64,000 nt of DNA from Bacillota bacterium. Lineage in GTDB: Bacteria > Sysuimicrobiota > Sysuimicrobiia > Sysuimicrobiales > Segetimicrobiaceae. A program made the translations under genes and the position numbers. Under the pieces are notes generated by a model. That model was not told the DNA's origin. It made no database searches and saw only the letters and a list, made by a program, of their open reading frames with translations. Position 1 is the stretch's first letter. Every line of letters starts with the position of its first letter. The stretch lies in assembly GCA_021324975.1 (NCBI GenBank), contig JAJPIA010000101.1, positions 13,924-77,923 of the forward strand, written 5' to 3'. Below are positions 27,222 through 36,320 of this stretch, in pieces.

Positions 27222-29893
27222 AGAGCCCGCACAGCCTGGCCGCCCGACCAGTCGGCCTCGGCGAGCGCGTACCTCACGGCCTGTTCGAGCGTCATCGCGC
27301 GCCCCTCGGCAATCCGTGCGGTCGCCGCGTCATCGCCAAGCGCTGAGCGCAGTCCCCGGAGGACGTCGCCGACGTTCGCGTTGACCCTGCTGACCGGCAG
27401 GCGCAGACCGAACGCCTTGAGTCCCGCCTCCGCGGCGCCGAGAAGGCGCGCGGCACGCTCGGCCTGTCCCCGCGCGGCCTCAAGCAAACCGATATCTTCG
27501 AGGCCGGCAATCATCCCCATCCTGTGTTTGACCTCCCGCCAGATTGCGAGCGCGTCCCTGTGCAGCTGCCAGGCGGTGTCGTAAGCGCCCTCACGAAGGG
27601 CCACCACGCCGAGGTTACCGGTAACGTATCCGACGAGCCATTTGTTGCCGGTTTCGCGGCATAGCATCAGGCTCTCCGTGTAAAATGTGCGCGCCGCGGC
27701 CAGGCGCCCCTCGGCGGCCGCCAGATAACCGAGGCTGTTCAGCACTCGGGCCAGATCGTTCTTATCGTCCGCCGCCGCAAACAGACGCCGCGCCTCATTG
27801 AGGAACGCGGCCGCCCGCCCAAAATCGCGCCGCCAAAATGCCAGTCTGCCAAGCCCGTGCAGGGCGTCGGCCGCACCAAGACCGTCCTCGAGCGATCGGG
27901 CGATGGCCAACGCCTGCTCCAACGCCGCCTGCGCTGCGGCAGCATCCGCGAGGACGGTGGCCGAGTAACCGATGTACCGGAGCGCGCGGGCTTTGAGAAG
28001 CGGTGGCGATTCCCCCGTCCGGAGGGCGATCGCGAGCCGCTCTCGCGCCTCGCGATGATGGCCGCGCACGTACCAGAACCACCACAACGCACAGGCCAGC
28101 CGGAGGCCCGGTTCGGCCTCTGCGGACGCGGCGCACCAGTGCAGCGCGCCCCGAAAGTTATCATGCTCGGCTTCAAGCCGGTCCAACCACGCTACCTGCG
28201 CCGGCCCGCGAATTTCCGGCTCCGCCTGCTCCGCCAGCGCCAAGTACCAGTCTCGGTGGCGTCGCAGAACGTCCACGGCCTCCTGAGACTGCTGCAGCTT
28301 ATCGTGGCCGTATTGGCGTATACTCTCGAGGAGCCGGTACCAGCCGCATCCCTCACGTTCGTCGAACAGCACGAGCGACTTGTCCACGAGGCGCGTCAGC
28401 AGTTCGAGAACGTCGTCTTCTTCCAGACCGCCTCCGCCGCAGATCTGCTCGGTCGCTTCCAGCGTGAAATCTCCGGCGAACACGGAAAGCCGCCGAAACA
28501 GGATGCGCTCACGTTCCGATAAGAGGTCATGGCTCCAATTCAGCATTGCCCGCAGTGTTTGGTGTCGTGGGAGCCCCGTCCGGCTGCTGCTTGTGAGCAG
28601 TCGAAAGCGATCGTCCAACCTCGTCGCGATCGAGTCGACCGACAGGACCTTGACCTGCGCCGCCGCCAGCTCGATCGCGAGAGGAATCCCGTCCAGACGG
28701 CAGGCCACCTGCGCGACCGCGGGCGCACTGCTGCTCGTCAAGCGAAATCCCGGCCGGCTCAGCGCCGCCCGCTCGACGAACAGGCGCACGGCTTCATACC
28801 CCAGCAACTCCTCGACCGGCGGTAGGGCCTGGAGATTGGGAGCCGACAGCGACGGAACACGCCAGACGACCTCGCCCGACACGCCCAACGGTTCGCGGCT
28901 CGTCGCGACAATCCGCAGCCCGGCGCAGGCGCCCAGCAGGACCGCGGCCAGTTGCGCGGCCCCGGCGAGCAGATGCTCGCAATTGTCGAGGATGAGGAGC
29001 AGCGACTTGGGATGCAGCGCGTCAACCAGCGTATCGGTCAACGAGCGGCGCGGTTGCTCGGGTATGCTGAGCGCCGACGCGACCTCCTTCGCGATCAAAT
29101 TTGCGTCCGACAATGCGGCCAGCTCGATCAGCCACGCGCCGTCAGGGTAGCGGCTCACGAGTTCGGAGGCAACTCGGAGTGCGAGTCTCGTCTTGCCGAC
29201 CCCCGCGCTGCCCGTCAACGTGACCATGGCCGTCTCCGATAACGACCGCTTGAGCTCCGCGACCTCCCGCTCACGTCCAATGAAGCTCGTCAGCTGGCGA
29301 GGGAGGTTGTTGAGGAGGGCGTCCAGCGACCGGAGAGGTGGAAACACAGGCATCAAGTCCGAGCCCGTCACCTGAAACAGTCGTTCAGCGCGGGCCAGGT
29401 CTCTGAGCCGGTGAGCGCCGAGGTCGCGCACGCCCAGCCCTCGGGGCAGATCCGTCTCCACGAGCGCGTGAGTCGCCGCCGACAGCAGAATCTGTCCTCC
29501 ATGGGCGGCATCGCAGATCCGGGCAGCCCGGTGCACGTCCATGCCCTCATACCCGGTCTCGGTCATCACGGGCTCTCCCGTGTGCAGCCCCATCCGCACT
29601 CTGACGATCGCCTGCTCCGGCCAGGTATGAGCCGAGAGTGCCCGCTGGGCCGCCACGGCGGCCGCCACCGCGTCGCGCGCGCGTGAGAATGCGACGAAGA
29701 ATGCGTCTCCCTCGGTACTGATCTCACGTCCGTGCCACTCTTTGAACGCGGCCCGCAGCAACCGATGGTGGTCGGTCACGACGCTGACGTAGCGATCGCC
29801 AAGATCCTCGAGTAATCGCGTGGACCCCTCGATGTCGGTGAAGAGAAGGGTAACGGTTCCAGCCGGCACACGAGTCATCGGCGGCCTCCCCAC
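27218..29893 (-). CDS. class III adenylate/guanylate cyclase domain fused to STAND/AAA+ NTPase and TPR repeats
   Basis: N-terminal cyclase homology domain (VTLLFTDIEGSTRL...GDAFFVAFS...RMGLHTGE), a Walker A motif (GSAGVGKTRLAL), and a long C-terminal TPR/helical repeat region; 891 aa. No C-terminal LuxR HTH is detected. Confidence 0.85.
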   Translation of the reverse strand: MGRPPMTRVPAGTVTLLFTDIEGSTRLLEDLGDRYVSVVTDHHRLLRAAFKEWHGREISTEGDAFFVAFSRARDAVAAAVAAQRALSAHTWPEQAIVRVRMGLHTGEPVMTETGYEGMDVHRAARICDAAHGGQILLSAATHALVETDLPRGLGVRDLGAHRLRDLARAERLFQVTGSDLMPVFPPLRSLDALLNNLPRQLTSFIGREREVAELKRSLSETAMVTLTGSAGVGKTRLALRVASELVSRYPDGAWLIELAALSDANLIAKEVASALSIPEQPRRSLTDTLVDALHPKSLLLILDNCEHLLAGAAQLAAVLLGACAGLRIVATSREPLGVSGEVVWRVPSLSAPNLQALPPVEELLGYEAVRLFVERAALSRPGFRLTSSSAPAVAQVACRLDGIPLAIELAAAQVKVLSVDSIATRLDDRFRLLTSSSRTGLPRHQTLRAMLNWSHDLLSERERILFRRLSVFAGDFTLEATEQICGGGGLEEDDVLELLTRLVDKSLVLFDEREGCGWYRLLESIRQYGHDKLQQSQEAVDVLRRHRDWYLALAEQAEPEIRGPAQVAWLDRLEAEHDNFRGALHWCAASAEAEPGLRLACALWWFWYVRGHHREARERLAIALRTGESPPLLKARALRYIGYSATVLADAAAAQAALEQALAIARSLEDGLGAADALHGLGRLAFWRRDFGRAAAFLNEARRLFAAADDKNDLARVLNSLGYLAAAEGRLAAARTFYTESLMLCRETGNKWLVGYVTGNLGVVALREGAYDTAWQLHRDALAIWREVKHRMGMIAGLEDIGLLEAARGQAERAARLLGAAEAGLKAFGLRLPVSRVNANVGDVLRGLRSALGDDAATARIAEGRAMTLEQAVRYALAEADWSGGQAVRAL

Positions 29894-29957
29894 CGCTCAC
29901 GACGCACGGCCGCGCCAATCCAAGACTGTCCCGTCGTGAGTCGATCCTATTGGGTAG

Positions 29958-30653
29958 TCACTCGTTCACCGACCGCGGTAGACGCCGGCGCAATTCGCCC
30001 GGCTTGAGCACGGCCACGACGCCGCGGCGGCATTGCACCAACCCTTCGTCGGCCAGCAGTCGAAGCCACCTGTTGACGCTCTCACGCGTTCCCCCCACCA
30101 CTTCCGCGAGCTCCTCCTGAGTCAGCTGGGGTGGGCCCAAGGTGCCGTCCGGCCCGCGCCGCTCGCCTGCCTCGGCCAGCGTCAGGAGCACCTTGGTCAA
30201 GCGCGTGGGACCGTCCAAGAACACCGCGTCGTGCAGGAGGTCCGTCGTCCGCCGCAGGCGGCGACTCAAGGCAGCGAGGAGGGCCGCGGCGGTATCCGGA
30301 TGGCGCCGTAAAAATGTGAGAAAGTGCTCGCGCTCCAGCGCAAAGAACTTTGATGGCGCCCGTGCGGTCGCCGTGGCCGATCGCTCGCCACCGTCGAGGA
30401 GGGCGAGTTCGCCGAAGAACCCACCCGGGCCGAGTAGTGCCAGGATGATCTCCCGGCCCTCGGGAGACATAATGGTCAGCTTGACTTCGCCGGAGTGAAT
30501 CAAGTACAGAGTTGCTCCGGGGTCTCCTTCCGAGAAGACGACGGCGCCCTTCCGGTAGGTGCGAGGCCGAAACAGCTGGGCGAGGGCGTCGGATTCCGCC
30601 GTCGATAGTCCGGCAAAGAGTGGGGTCTGCGCGAGAATGCGCTCGACGGACAT
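29958..30653 (-). CDS. Crp/Fnr family transcriptional regulator (cNMP-binding + HTH)
   Basis: cNMP-binding beta-barrel motif (GEVKLTIMSPEGREIILALLGPGGFFGELAL) and a C-terminal HTH (TQEELAEVVGGTRESVNRWL). Confidence 0.9.
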   Translation of the reverse strand: MSVERILAQTPLFAGLSTAESDALAQLFRPRTYRKGAVVFSEGDPGATLYLIHSGEVKLTIMSPEGREIILALLGPGGFFGELALLDGGERSATATARAPSKFFALEREHFLTFLRRHPDTAAALLAALSRRLRRTTDLLHDAVFLDGPTRLTKVLLTLAEAGERRGPDGTLGPPQLTQEELAEVVGGTRESVNRWLRLLADEGLVQCRRGVVAVLKPGELRRRLPRSVNE

Positions 30654-30779
30654 ATCCCCCTCTAGCCCGCATGGCTTATCGCCAATTATACACTAGGCCT
30701 GGGAACTAGGCCTGGGACATCGGCGCCGCCGGTCTGTATCGGTATCGCGTCGGGGCCAACATGCGCGGGCCGCGGATGC

Positions 30780-31970
30780 CTACCCGATCACCCGCCGGTT
30801 CCGAAGGTCCGCGATCGCCGCGGCATCATAGTCGAGCTCCGCGAGGATCGCGTCCGTGTGTTGCCCCACCCCCGGGGGCGGGTCCAGCCGCGCCGCGCGC
30901 TTACCGTCAATCCGGAAGGGCTGGTCCACAAGCTTGAGGTCCGGAATCACGGGGTGGGGCACCGGCGGAAACATGGCGAGCGCGGTCACCTGCGGGTCGC
31001 GGGTCACCTGATCGAGCTTCCGGACGCAGCTGCACGGCACCTCGTGGGCGGAGAGGATCTCCTCCCACTCCGCTGCGGATCGCATGAGAAACCTGGCCTC
31101 GAGAATCTCGTGGAGCTCTTCCCGGTGCGCCACGCGGTCGGCGTTGGTGCGGAAGCGGGAATCTTCCGGCAACTCGGGCAGGTCGAGCACACCGCACAGC
31201 CGCACGAAGATCACGTTGTTGCCTGCGGCCAGCTGCAGGTATCCTTCGCGGGTGGCAAACGCCTCGTAAGGTGCGATCATCGACGCGCTCGTGCCGACCG
31301 GACCCGGCACCCGGCCGGTGGCGAAGTAGCCGATCAAGTGGTATCCGACCCAAGCGACGCCGGTCTCGAGCAGGCTGCTGTCGATCCTGGCACCGCGTCC
31401 GGTCCGCTCCCGCGCGTACAGCGCCCCGACCACAGCGAGTCCGCACCACATGCCCGTGCCGGTGTCGATGATCGACGGCCCGGTGCGGAGCGGCCGTCCA
31501 CCGGGTTCTCCCGTCAGGCTCATGATGCCTGAGTAGGCCTGCACCACGGGGTCGTACCCCGGCCGGTCCCGCAGTGGTCCCGTGGAGCCAAACCCGTTGA
31601 TCGAGCAGTAGACGATGCGGGAATTATCGCGGGAGACGCGCGCATAGTCCAGCCCGCGCTTCGCGAGGCTCCCGTGCCGGAAGCTTTCCACCAGCACATC
31701 CGCGCGGAGTGCCAGCCGCCGCACAATGGCCTGCCCATCGGGATGGTCGAGATCCACGGCGAGGCTGCGCTTGTTGCGGTTGAAGCTCAGAAACGACGTG
31801 CTGATCCCCTGCCACTGGGGCGGGCGCCACTCTCTCGTGTCGTCGCCCGCGCCGGGGCGTTCGACCTTGACCACGTCGGCGCCCAGGTCCCCGAGAATCT
31901 GCGTGCAGCACGGCCCCGCGAAGTTGCGCGTGAGGTCGAGGACGCGGATCCCGTCGAGGATGCCGGCCAC
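30780..31970 (-). CDS. family III CoA-transferase (CaiB/BaiF)
   Basis: GIRVLDLTRNFAGPCCTQILGDLGADVVKVE is the canonical N-terminus; 396 aa. Confidence 0.9.
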   Translation of the reverse strand: MAGILDGIRVLDLTRNFAGPCCTQILGDLGADVVKVERPGAGDDTREWRPPQWQGISTSFLSFNRNKRSLAVDLDHPDGQAIVRRLALRADVLVESFRHGSLAKRGLDYARVSRDNSRIVYCSINGFGSTGPLRDRPGYDPVVQAYSGIMSLTGEPGGRPLRTGPSIIDTGTGMWCGLAVVGALYARERTGRGARIDSSLLETGVAWVGYHLIGYFATGRVPGPVGTSASMIAPYEAFATREGYLQLAAGNNVIFVRLCGVLDLPELPEDSRFRTNADRVAHREELHEILEARFLMRSAAEWEEILSAHEVPCSCVRKLDQVTRDPQVTALAMFPPVPHPVIPDLKLVDQPFRIDGKRAARLDPPPGVGQHTDAILAELDYDAAAIADLRNRRVIG

Positions 31971-31977
31971 GGCCCGC

Positions 31978-32481
31978 CTACTCCGTACCCTCGGGGCGCG
32001 GGCGCAGGCGGCGCGGCGAATGCCCCCGCTTGTACACCATGATCGTGCGCTCGTACTCGATCACGACGGTGCCGTCCTGCTTGTAACCTCGCGTGCGGAA
32101 CCGCACGATGCCCACGGCCGGCCGCGAGCGCGATTCCCGCATCTCGAGGACCTCGCTCTCGGCGTACAGCGTGTCCCCCACGAAGACCGGGGCCGGCAGC
32201 TGCACCTTGTCCCAGCCCAGGTTGGCGAAGGCGTTTTCGCTGATGTCGATGACCGACATCCCGGTCACGAGCGCCAGCGTGAAGGCGCTGTTGACGAGCG
32301 GCCTCCCAAACTCCGTTTGGGCGGCGAACGCGTAGTCGAAGTGCGCGGGGTTGGTATTGAGCGTCAGGTTGGTGAACCAGACGTTGTCGGCGTCGGTGAC
32401 CGTCCGGCCGTAGGGATGCTCGTAGACGTCGCCGACGCGAAAGTCCTCATAGTACCGTCCCTGCGCCTGCACGCGTGTCAT
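31978..32481 (-). CDS. MaoC-like hydratase (hot-dog fold; mesaconyl/itaconyl-CoA hydratase-like)
   Basis: YEDFRVGDVYEHPYGRTVTDADNVWFTNLTLNTNPAHFD motif. ATG at 32481 (MTRVQ); the track start at 32535 is upstream. Confidence 0.8.
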   Translation of the reverse strand: MTRVQAQGRYYEDFRVGDVYEHPYGRTVTDADNVWFTNLTLNTNPAHFDYAFAAQTEFGRPLVNSAFTLALVTGMSVIDISENAFANLGWDKVQLPAPVFVGDTLYAESEVLEMRESRSRPAVGIVRFRTRGYKQDGTVVIEYERTIMVYKRGHSPRRLRPRPEGTE

Positions 32482-32550
32482 GGCCGCCCTCCACTCAGCC
32501 GCGGTCTCCGCGCCCGGCGATCCGCCGCGAGCCACGCCGCCCGGCGCGCA

Positions 32551-33717
32551 TCAATACGATCGCGGCAGGCCCAACACATGCTGCCCGAGGTACGCCAGCA
32601 CGAGATTGTTGCTCACCGGGGCCACCGCGTACAACCGGGTTTCGCGGAACTTCCGCTCGACGTCGTACTCCGCGGCGAACCCATACCCGCCGTGGGTGTC
32701 CAGACAGGCATTCCCCGCCTCCCACGCCGCGTCCGCGGCCAGCAGCTTGGCCATGTTGGCCTCGGCGCCGCACCGCTTGCCCTGGTCGAACAAGGCGGCC
32801 GCGTGGAACCGCATCAGATCGGCGGCCTCGAGGTGCGCGTACGCGAGGGCAAGCGGGAATTGCACGCCCTGGTTCGCCCCGATCGGCTTCCCAAACACGA
32901 CCCGTTCCGCGGCGTACCGGGTGGCGCGCTCGATGAACCAGCGCCCGTCCCCGATCGATTCCGCCGCGATGAGGATCCGCTCCGCGTTCCACCCGTCGAT
33001 GATATAGCGAAATCCCATGCCCTCCTGCCCGATGAGGTTGTCGGCCGGCACCTCGAGATCGCTGATGAACAGCTCCGTCGTGTGATGGTTGAGCATGGTC
33101 CGGATTGGCTTGATCTGGATGGCGCCGCGCGCCACGGCTTCCCGGAGATCGACCATGAACACCGAAAGACCGCGCGTCTTGTCCTGCGTCTCATCATAGG
33201 GCGTGGTCCGCGCGAGCAGCAGCATGAGGTCGGAGTGCTCCGCGCGCGAGATGAAGACTTTTTGCCCGTTCACGACGTACCGATCGCCGCGCCGGACCGC
33301 CATGGTCTGGATCCGGGTCGTCTCGGACCCCGCCCCGGGCTCCGTCACGCCGAACGCCTGCAGGCGCACCTCGCCCGACGCGATCGCCGGCAACCACCGG
33401 CGCTTCTGCACCTCGCTGCCGTGGCGCAGGAGCGTGCCCATGATGTACATCTGCGCGTGGCACGCCGCGGCGTTGCCCCCCGACCGGTTGATCTCTTCCA
33501 GGATCAACGATGCCTCGGTCACGCCGAGCCCGGTCCCACCGTACTCCTCCGGGATGAGCGCGACGAGCCAGCCGCCGGCCGACAGATCCCGGGTGAACGC
33601 ATCGGGGTAGGCGCCGGTCTCGTCGAGCCCCCGCCAGTACGCGTCCGGATACTTCGCGCAGAGGCCCCGCACGGCGTCGCGAATGAGGCGCTGGTTGTCG
33701 GTCAAGTCGATCGGCAT
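32551..33717 (-). CDS. acyl-CoA dehydrogenase
   Basis: ACAD N-terminal, middle and C-terminal domain motifs (FGVTEPGAGSE, GQKVFIS, YAAERVVFGKPIGANQGVQF...E). ATG at 33717 (MPIDLTD). Confidence 0.9.
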   Translation of the reverse strand: MPIDLTDNQRLIRDAVRGLCAKYPDAYWRGLDETGAYPDAFTRDLSAGGWLVALIPEEYGGTGLGVTEASLILEEINRSGGNAAACHAQMYIMGTLLRHGSEVQKRRWLPAIASGEVRLQAFGVTEPGAGSETTRIQTMAVRRGDRYVVNGQKVFISRAEHSDLMLLLARTTPYDETQDKTRGLSVFMVDLREAVARGAIQIKPIRTMLNHHTTELFISDLEVPADNLIGQEGMGFRYIIDGWNAERILIAAESIGDGRWFIERATRYAAERVVFGKPIGANQGVQFPLALAYAHLEAADLMRFHAAALFDQGKRCGAEANMAKLLAADAAWEAGNACLDTHGGYGFAAEYDVERKFRETRLYAVAPVSNNLVLAYLGQHVLGLPRSY

Positions 33718-33802
33718 GCACCCCTCCGACGCAGCGGCGCGCCGCCGCGCGCCACCCGGTTCAGCCTGCACCGGCGTCCGCGGCGCGCCTGCGCGGGACC
33801 TG

Positions 33803-34879
33803 TCACGGGAGCGCCGCGTCGATCTCCTTCGCGTACGCGGTGGCTTCCGCGATGTTGTGCCAGCCGAGGTCGCGCTTGCCGTCCTCGACCTGCTCGATCA
33901 TCGACACGATCTTCGCGTTGAGCGGGACCGCCACGCCGTACCGGGCCGCGTGTGTGCAGACCGTGAGATGCGCCGCCTCGCTCTTCCGCCTGCGGTAGAC
34001 CAGGTCCCAGTGGATGCCGCTCGCCTTTTTGACGTACTTGTAGCCGCCGGGTCCGTCCCCGATCTGATGGCCGCCCAGGTGCTCCACGAGACGGTCGTAG
34101 ACGGCGAGCAGGCGCGCGGTGTCGGCGGGCGTTGCCGGATGGTAGAGCGCCGGGTCGAACCACCCGTCGGCGTGCAGCCGCACGCCCGCGGCATCGGAGA
34201 CGAGCATCGCCTCGCGCACCGCCGCGCCCCCGAGGCGCTGCACATCCTTGTTGCCCAGCACCGCGACGACCGTGTCGTTCACGAGCGCCGTGACCACGAT
34301 CTGCGAATTATAGACGTGCTTCGTCCACAACCGGCCGACGATGTCGGTGAGCAGTTCGCATTTGTTGGGGCCGATACCGAGCAACCGGGCCGCTTCGCGG
34401 ACTCGCGGCGTCAGGCTGCCGTCGAGCTCGCCGACGTAGACGGTCCCCTCGTGCACGGCCTCCAGCACGCCGGGGTCCAGGTACGCACCGCCATAGTCGG
34501 GCAGTGCCCCCATCGTGCGCTCCCGGCCCACGATGCCGGCGATCGTGTCTTCGTTCATGCCGTTCTGGAGCGAGACCACGCACGCGGAGGGCGCAAGATG
34601 CGGCGCGATGGCCCGCACGGCCGCGTCCGTCGCCTGCGACTTGCAGGCCAGAAAGACGAGGCCGTCGAGCGGCTCGGGGATCTCCGCCGGCGTGCAGGCC
34701 CGCTGCGCCGGGACGGACATCGGCCCATACACGCCGTTGACCGAAATGCCCCGTTCGCGAATTGCGGCGACGTGCTCCGCGTTCTGGTCGACAAAGAGCA
34801 CATCCTCGCCGGCCCGGGCCATGTAGAATCCGGCCAGCCCTCCGATGGCCCCGCTTCCGACGACCGCAATCCGCGCCAT
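33803..34879 (-). CDS. 2-dehydropantoate 2-reductase family (ApbA/PanE) oxidoreductase
   Basis: MARIAVVGSGAIGGLAGFYMA Rossmann N-terminus with a KPR-like C-terminal domain. ATG at 34879; the track ORF extends further upstream. Confidence 0.8.
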   Translation of the reverse strand: MARIAVVGSGAIGGLAGFYMARAGEDVLFVDQNAEHVAAIRERGISVNGVYGPMSVPAQRACTPAEIPEPLDGLVFLACKSQATDAAVRAIAPHLAPSACVVSLQNGMNEDTIAGIVGRERTMGALPDYGGAYLDPGVLEAVHEGTVYVGELDGSLTPRVREAARLLGIGPNKCELLTDIVGRLWTKHVYNSQIVVTALVNDTVVAVLGNKDVQRLGGAAVREAMLVSDAAGVRLHADGWFDPALYHPATPADTARLLAVYDRLVEHLGGHQIGDGPGGYKYVKKASGIHWDLVYRRRKSEAAHLTVCTHAARYGVAVPLNAKIVSMIEQVEDGKRDLGWHNIAEATAYAKEIDAALP

Positions 34880-35381
34880 CTCCGCCTCCTCGAGGCGGCG
34901 CGCCGCGGCGCGCCGCTCAATTGAACTCATAGGTCTTCGCCGTGGGCCGCGGCCCCACCCGCGCCACAGGGCACGGACGCGTGCGTGCGACGCCGCCCAC
35001 AGCGCCGATCGGCCGCTTGCCATCACACGCGTCGCCGGTCAGGCGCGCTCGCGCGGAATGCGGAACGTCGTCCTCAAGTCCCTCTATTGTGGTCGCTTTC
35101 AATAACGAGGTCGTCCGGCCGCGGGAAGGCGGTCCGGCCGCTGCACCATAGGGGTTTCGAAGTCGTTGCTCGCCGCGCCGCCGTTTGCTGCCGGGCGCGC
35201 CTTGCGGCGGGGGACTTTAGGAACGTCGCGTGGTACATACGGGTTCAGGCGCAAGCCCGCGGGCCGTCCGCGGGGCGCGCTTTCGTGTCGACCCGGTTGG
35301 CCCGGACGCATGAGCACGCGGCAGCGGCAAGCGATCCACGGTGGGACTCCCCCGCGCTCACAACACTGACGGAGGCGGCGC

Positions 35382-36230
35382 ATGTCAGAGCAGTTGGTAT
35401 GGCAACGGCTATCCGACGAACTGCAGCGGCTCGTCGCGGAGTTTCCCGGCGCGGCCGGAGCCTGCGTGCGCGATCTCGTGACCGGCGCGCAGACTGCCGT
35501 GCACGAGCGGGAGGTGTTCCCTACGGCGTCGAGCATCAAGATTCACATCCTCGCCCATCTCATGCAGCGCGCGGAGGCGGGGGCCATCGACGTCCGCCGC
35601 AAGGTGGCGATCCACCGCGACCTGCATGCGGCAGGTAGCGGCGTGCTCACCTATCTCGACGACCCAGAGGAGTTGACCGTACGGAACGTCGCGGTGCTGA
35701 TGATCATCGTCTCCGACAACACCGCGACGAACCTGTGCATCGACTGGGCGACCATCGATGGCACGAACGCGATGCTGCGGGGGCTCGGCCTGTCGCAGAC
35801 GACGCTGCGCCGGAAGATGCAGGACTACGCAGCCATCCGGCGCGGCGACGAGAACGTGGCCAGCCCGCTGGAGATGGTGGAGTTCCTCGAGATCCTGTAC
35901 CGAGGCGAGCGGCTCAGCCCGTTTGTGTGCGAGCAGACCCTGGCGATCCTCAAAAAGCCGAAGCACGGCTACCTGGCCCCGGGCCTCCCGCAGGACGTCG
36001 TGATCGCCAATAAGCCCGGCGGGATGGAGCGGGTGCGGTGCGACGCCGCGATCGTCTACCAGGAGCGGCGGCCCTATGCGATCTGCGTGATGACAAAGTA
36101 CGGGCCCGTGGACCGCACCGTCTCCGAACAATTCATTGCCCGCGCGGCGCGCACGGTCCACGGCTACCTCGCCACGTTGGACGTCACGAACGCGTACGGC
36201 CTGGGCGTACCGCCTGCGCCGCCCGGCTGA
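35382..36230 (+). CDS. class A beta-lactamase-like serine hydrolase
   Basis: SxxK (ASSIK), SDN (VSDNTA) and a KTG-like KPGG motif in class-A spacing; no obvious signal peptide. Confidence 0.75.
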   Translation: MSEQLVWQRLSDELQRLVAEFPGAAGACVRDLVTGAQTAVHEREVFPTASSIKIHILAHLMQRAEAGAIDVRRKVAIHRDLHAAGSGVLTYLDDPEELTVRNVAVLMIIVSDNTATNLCIDWATIDGTNAMLRGLGLSQTTLRRKMQDYAAIRRGDENVASPLEMVEFLEILYRGERLSPFVCEQTLAILKKPKHGYLAPGLPQDVVIANKPGGMERVRCDAAIVYQERRPYAICVMTKYGPVDRTVSEQFIARAARTVHGYLATLDVTNAYGLGVPPAPPG

Positions 36231-36320
36231 GACCGGTTCAAACCCCTGCGCGCGGGGGGCCGGTCGCTCGGCAAGGAGTATCCGTAGAACTGCGCTCCAC
36301 CTGGTGGAGGAGGGCTGCTG

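Noticed and set aside
34880-35381. 500-nt gap between the KPR-family gene and the beta-lactamase-like gene, with small ORFs 34917..35102(-) and 34985..35638(+)
   Set aside because: The ORF translations are low-complexity and overlap each other. The gap may partly reflect an N-terminal extension of the KPR gene (alternative start about 34930), or it is a long divergent regulatory region.
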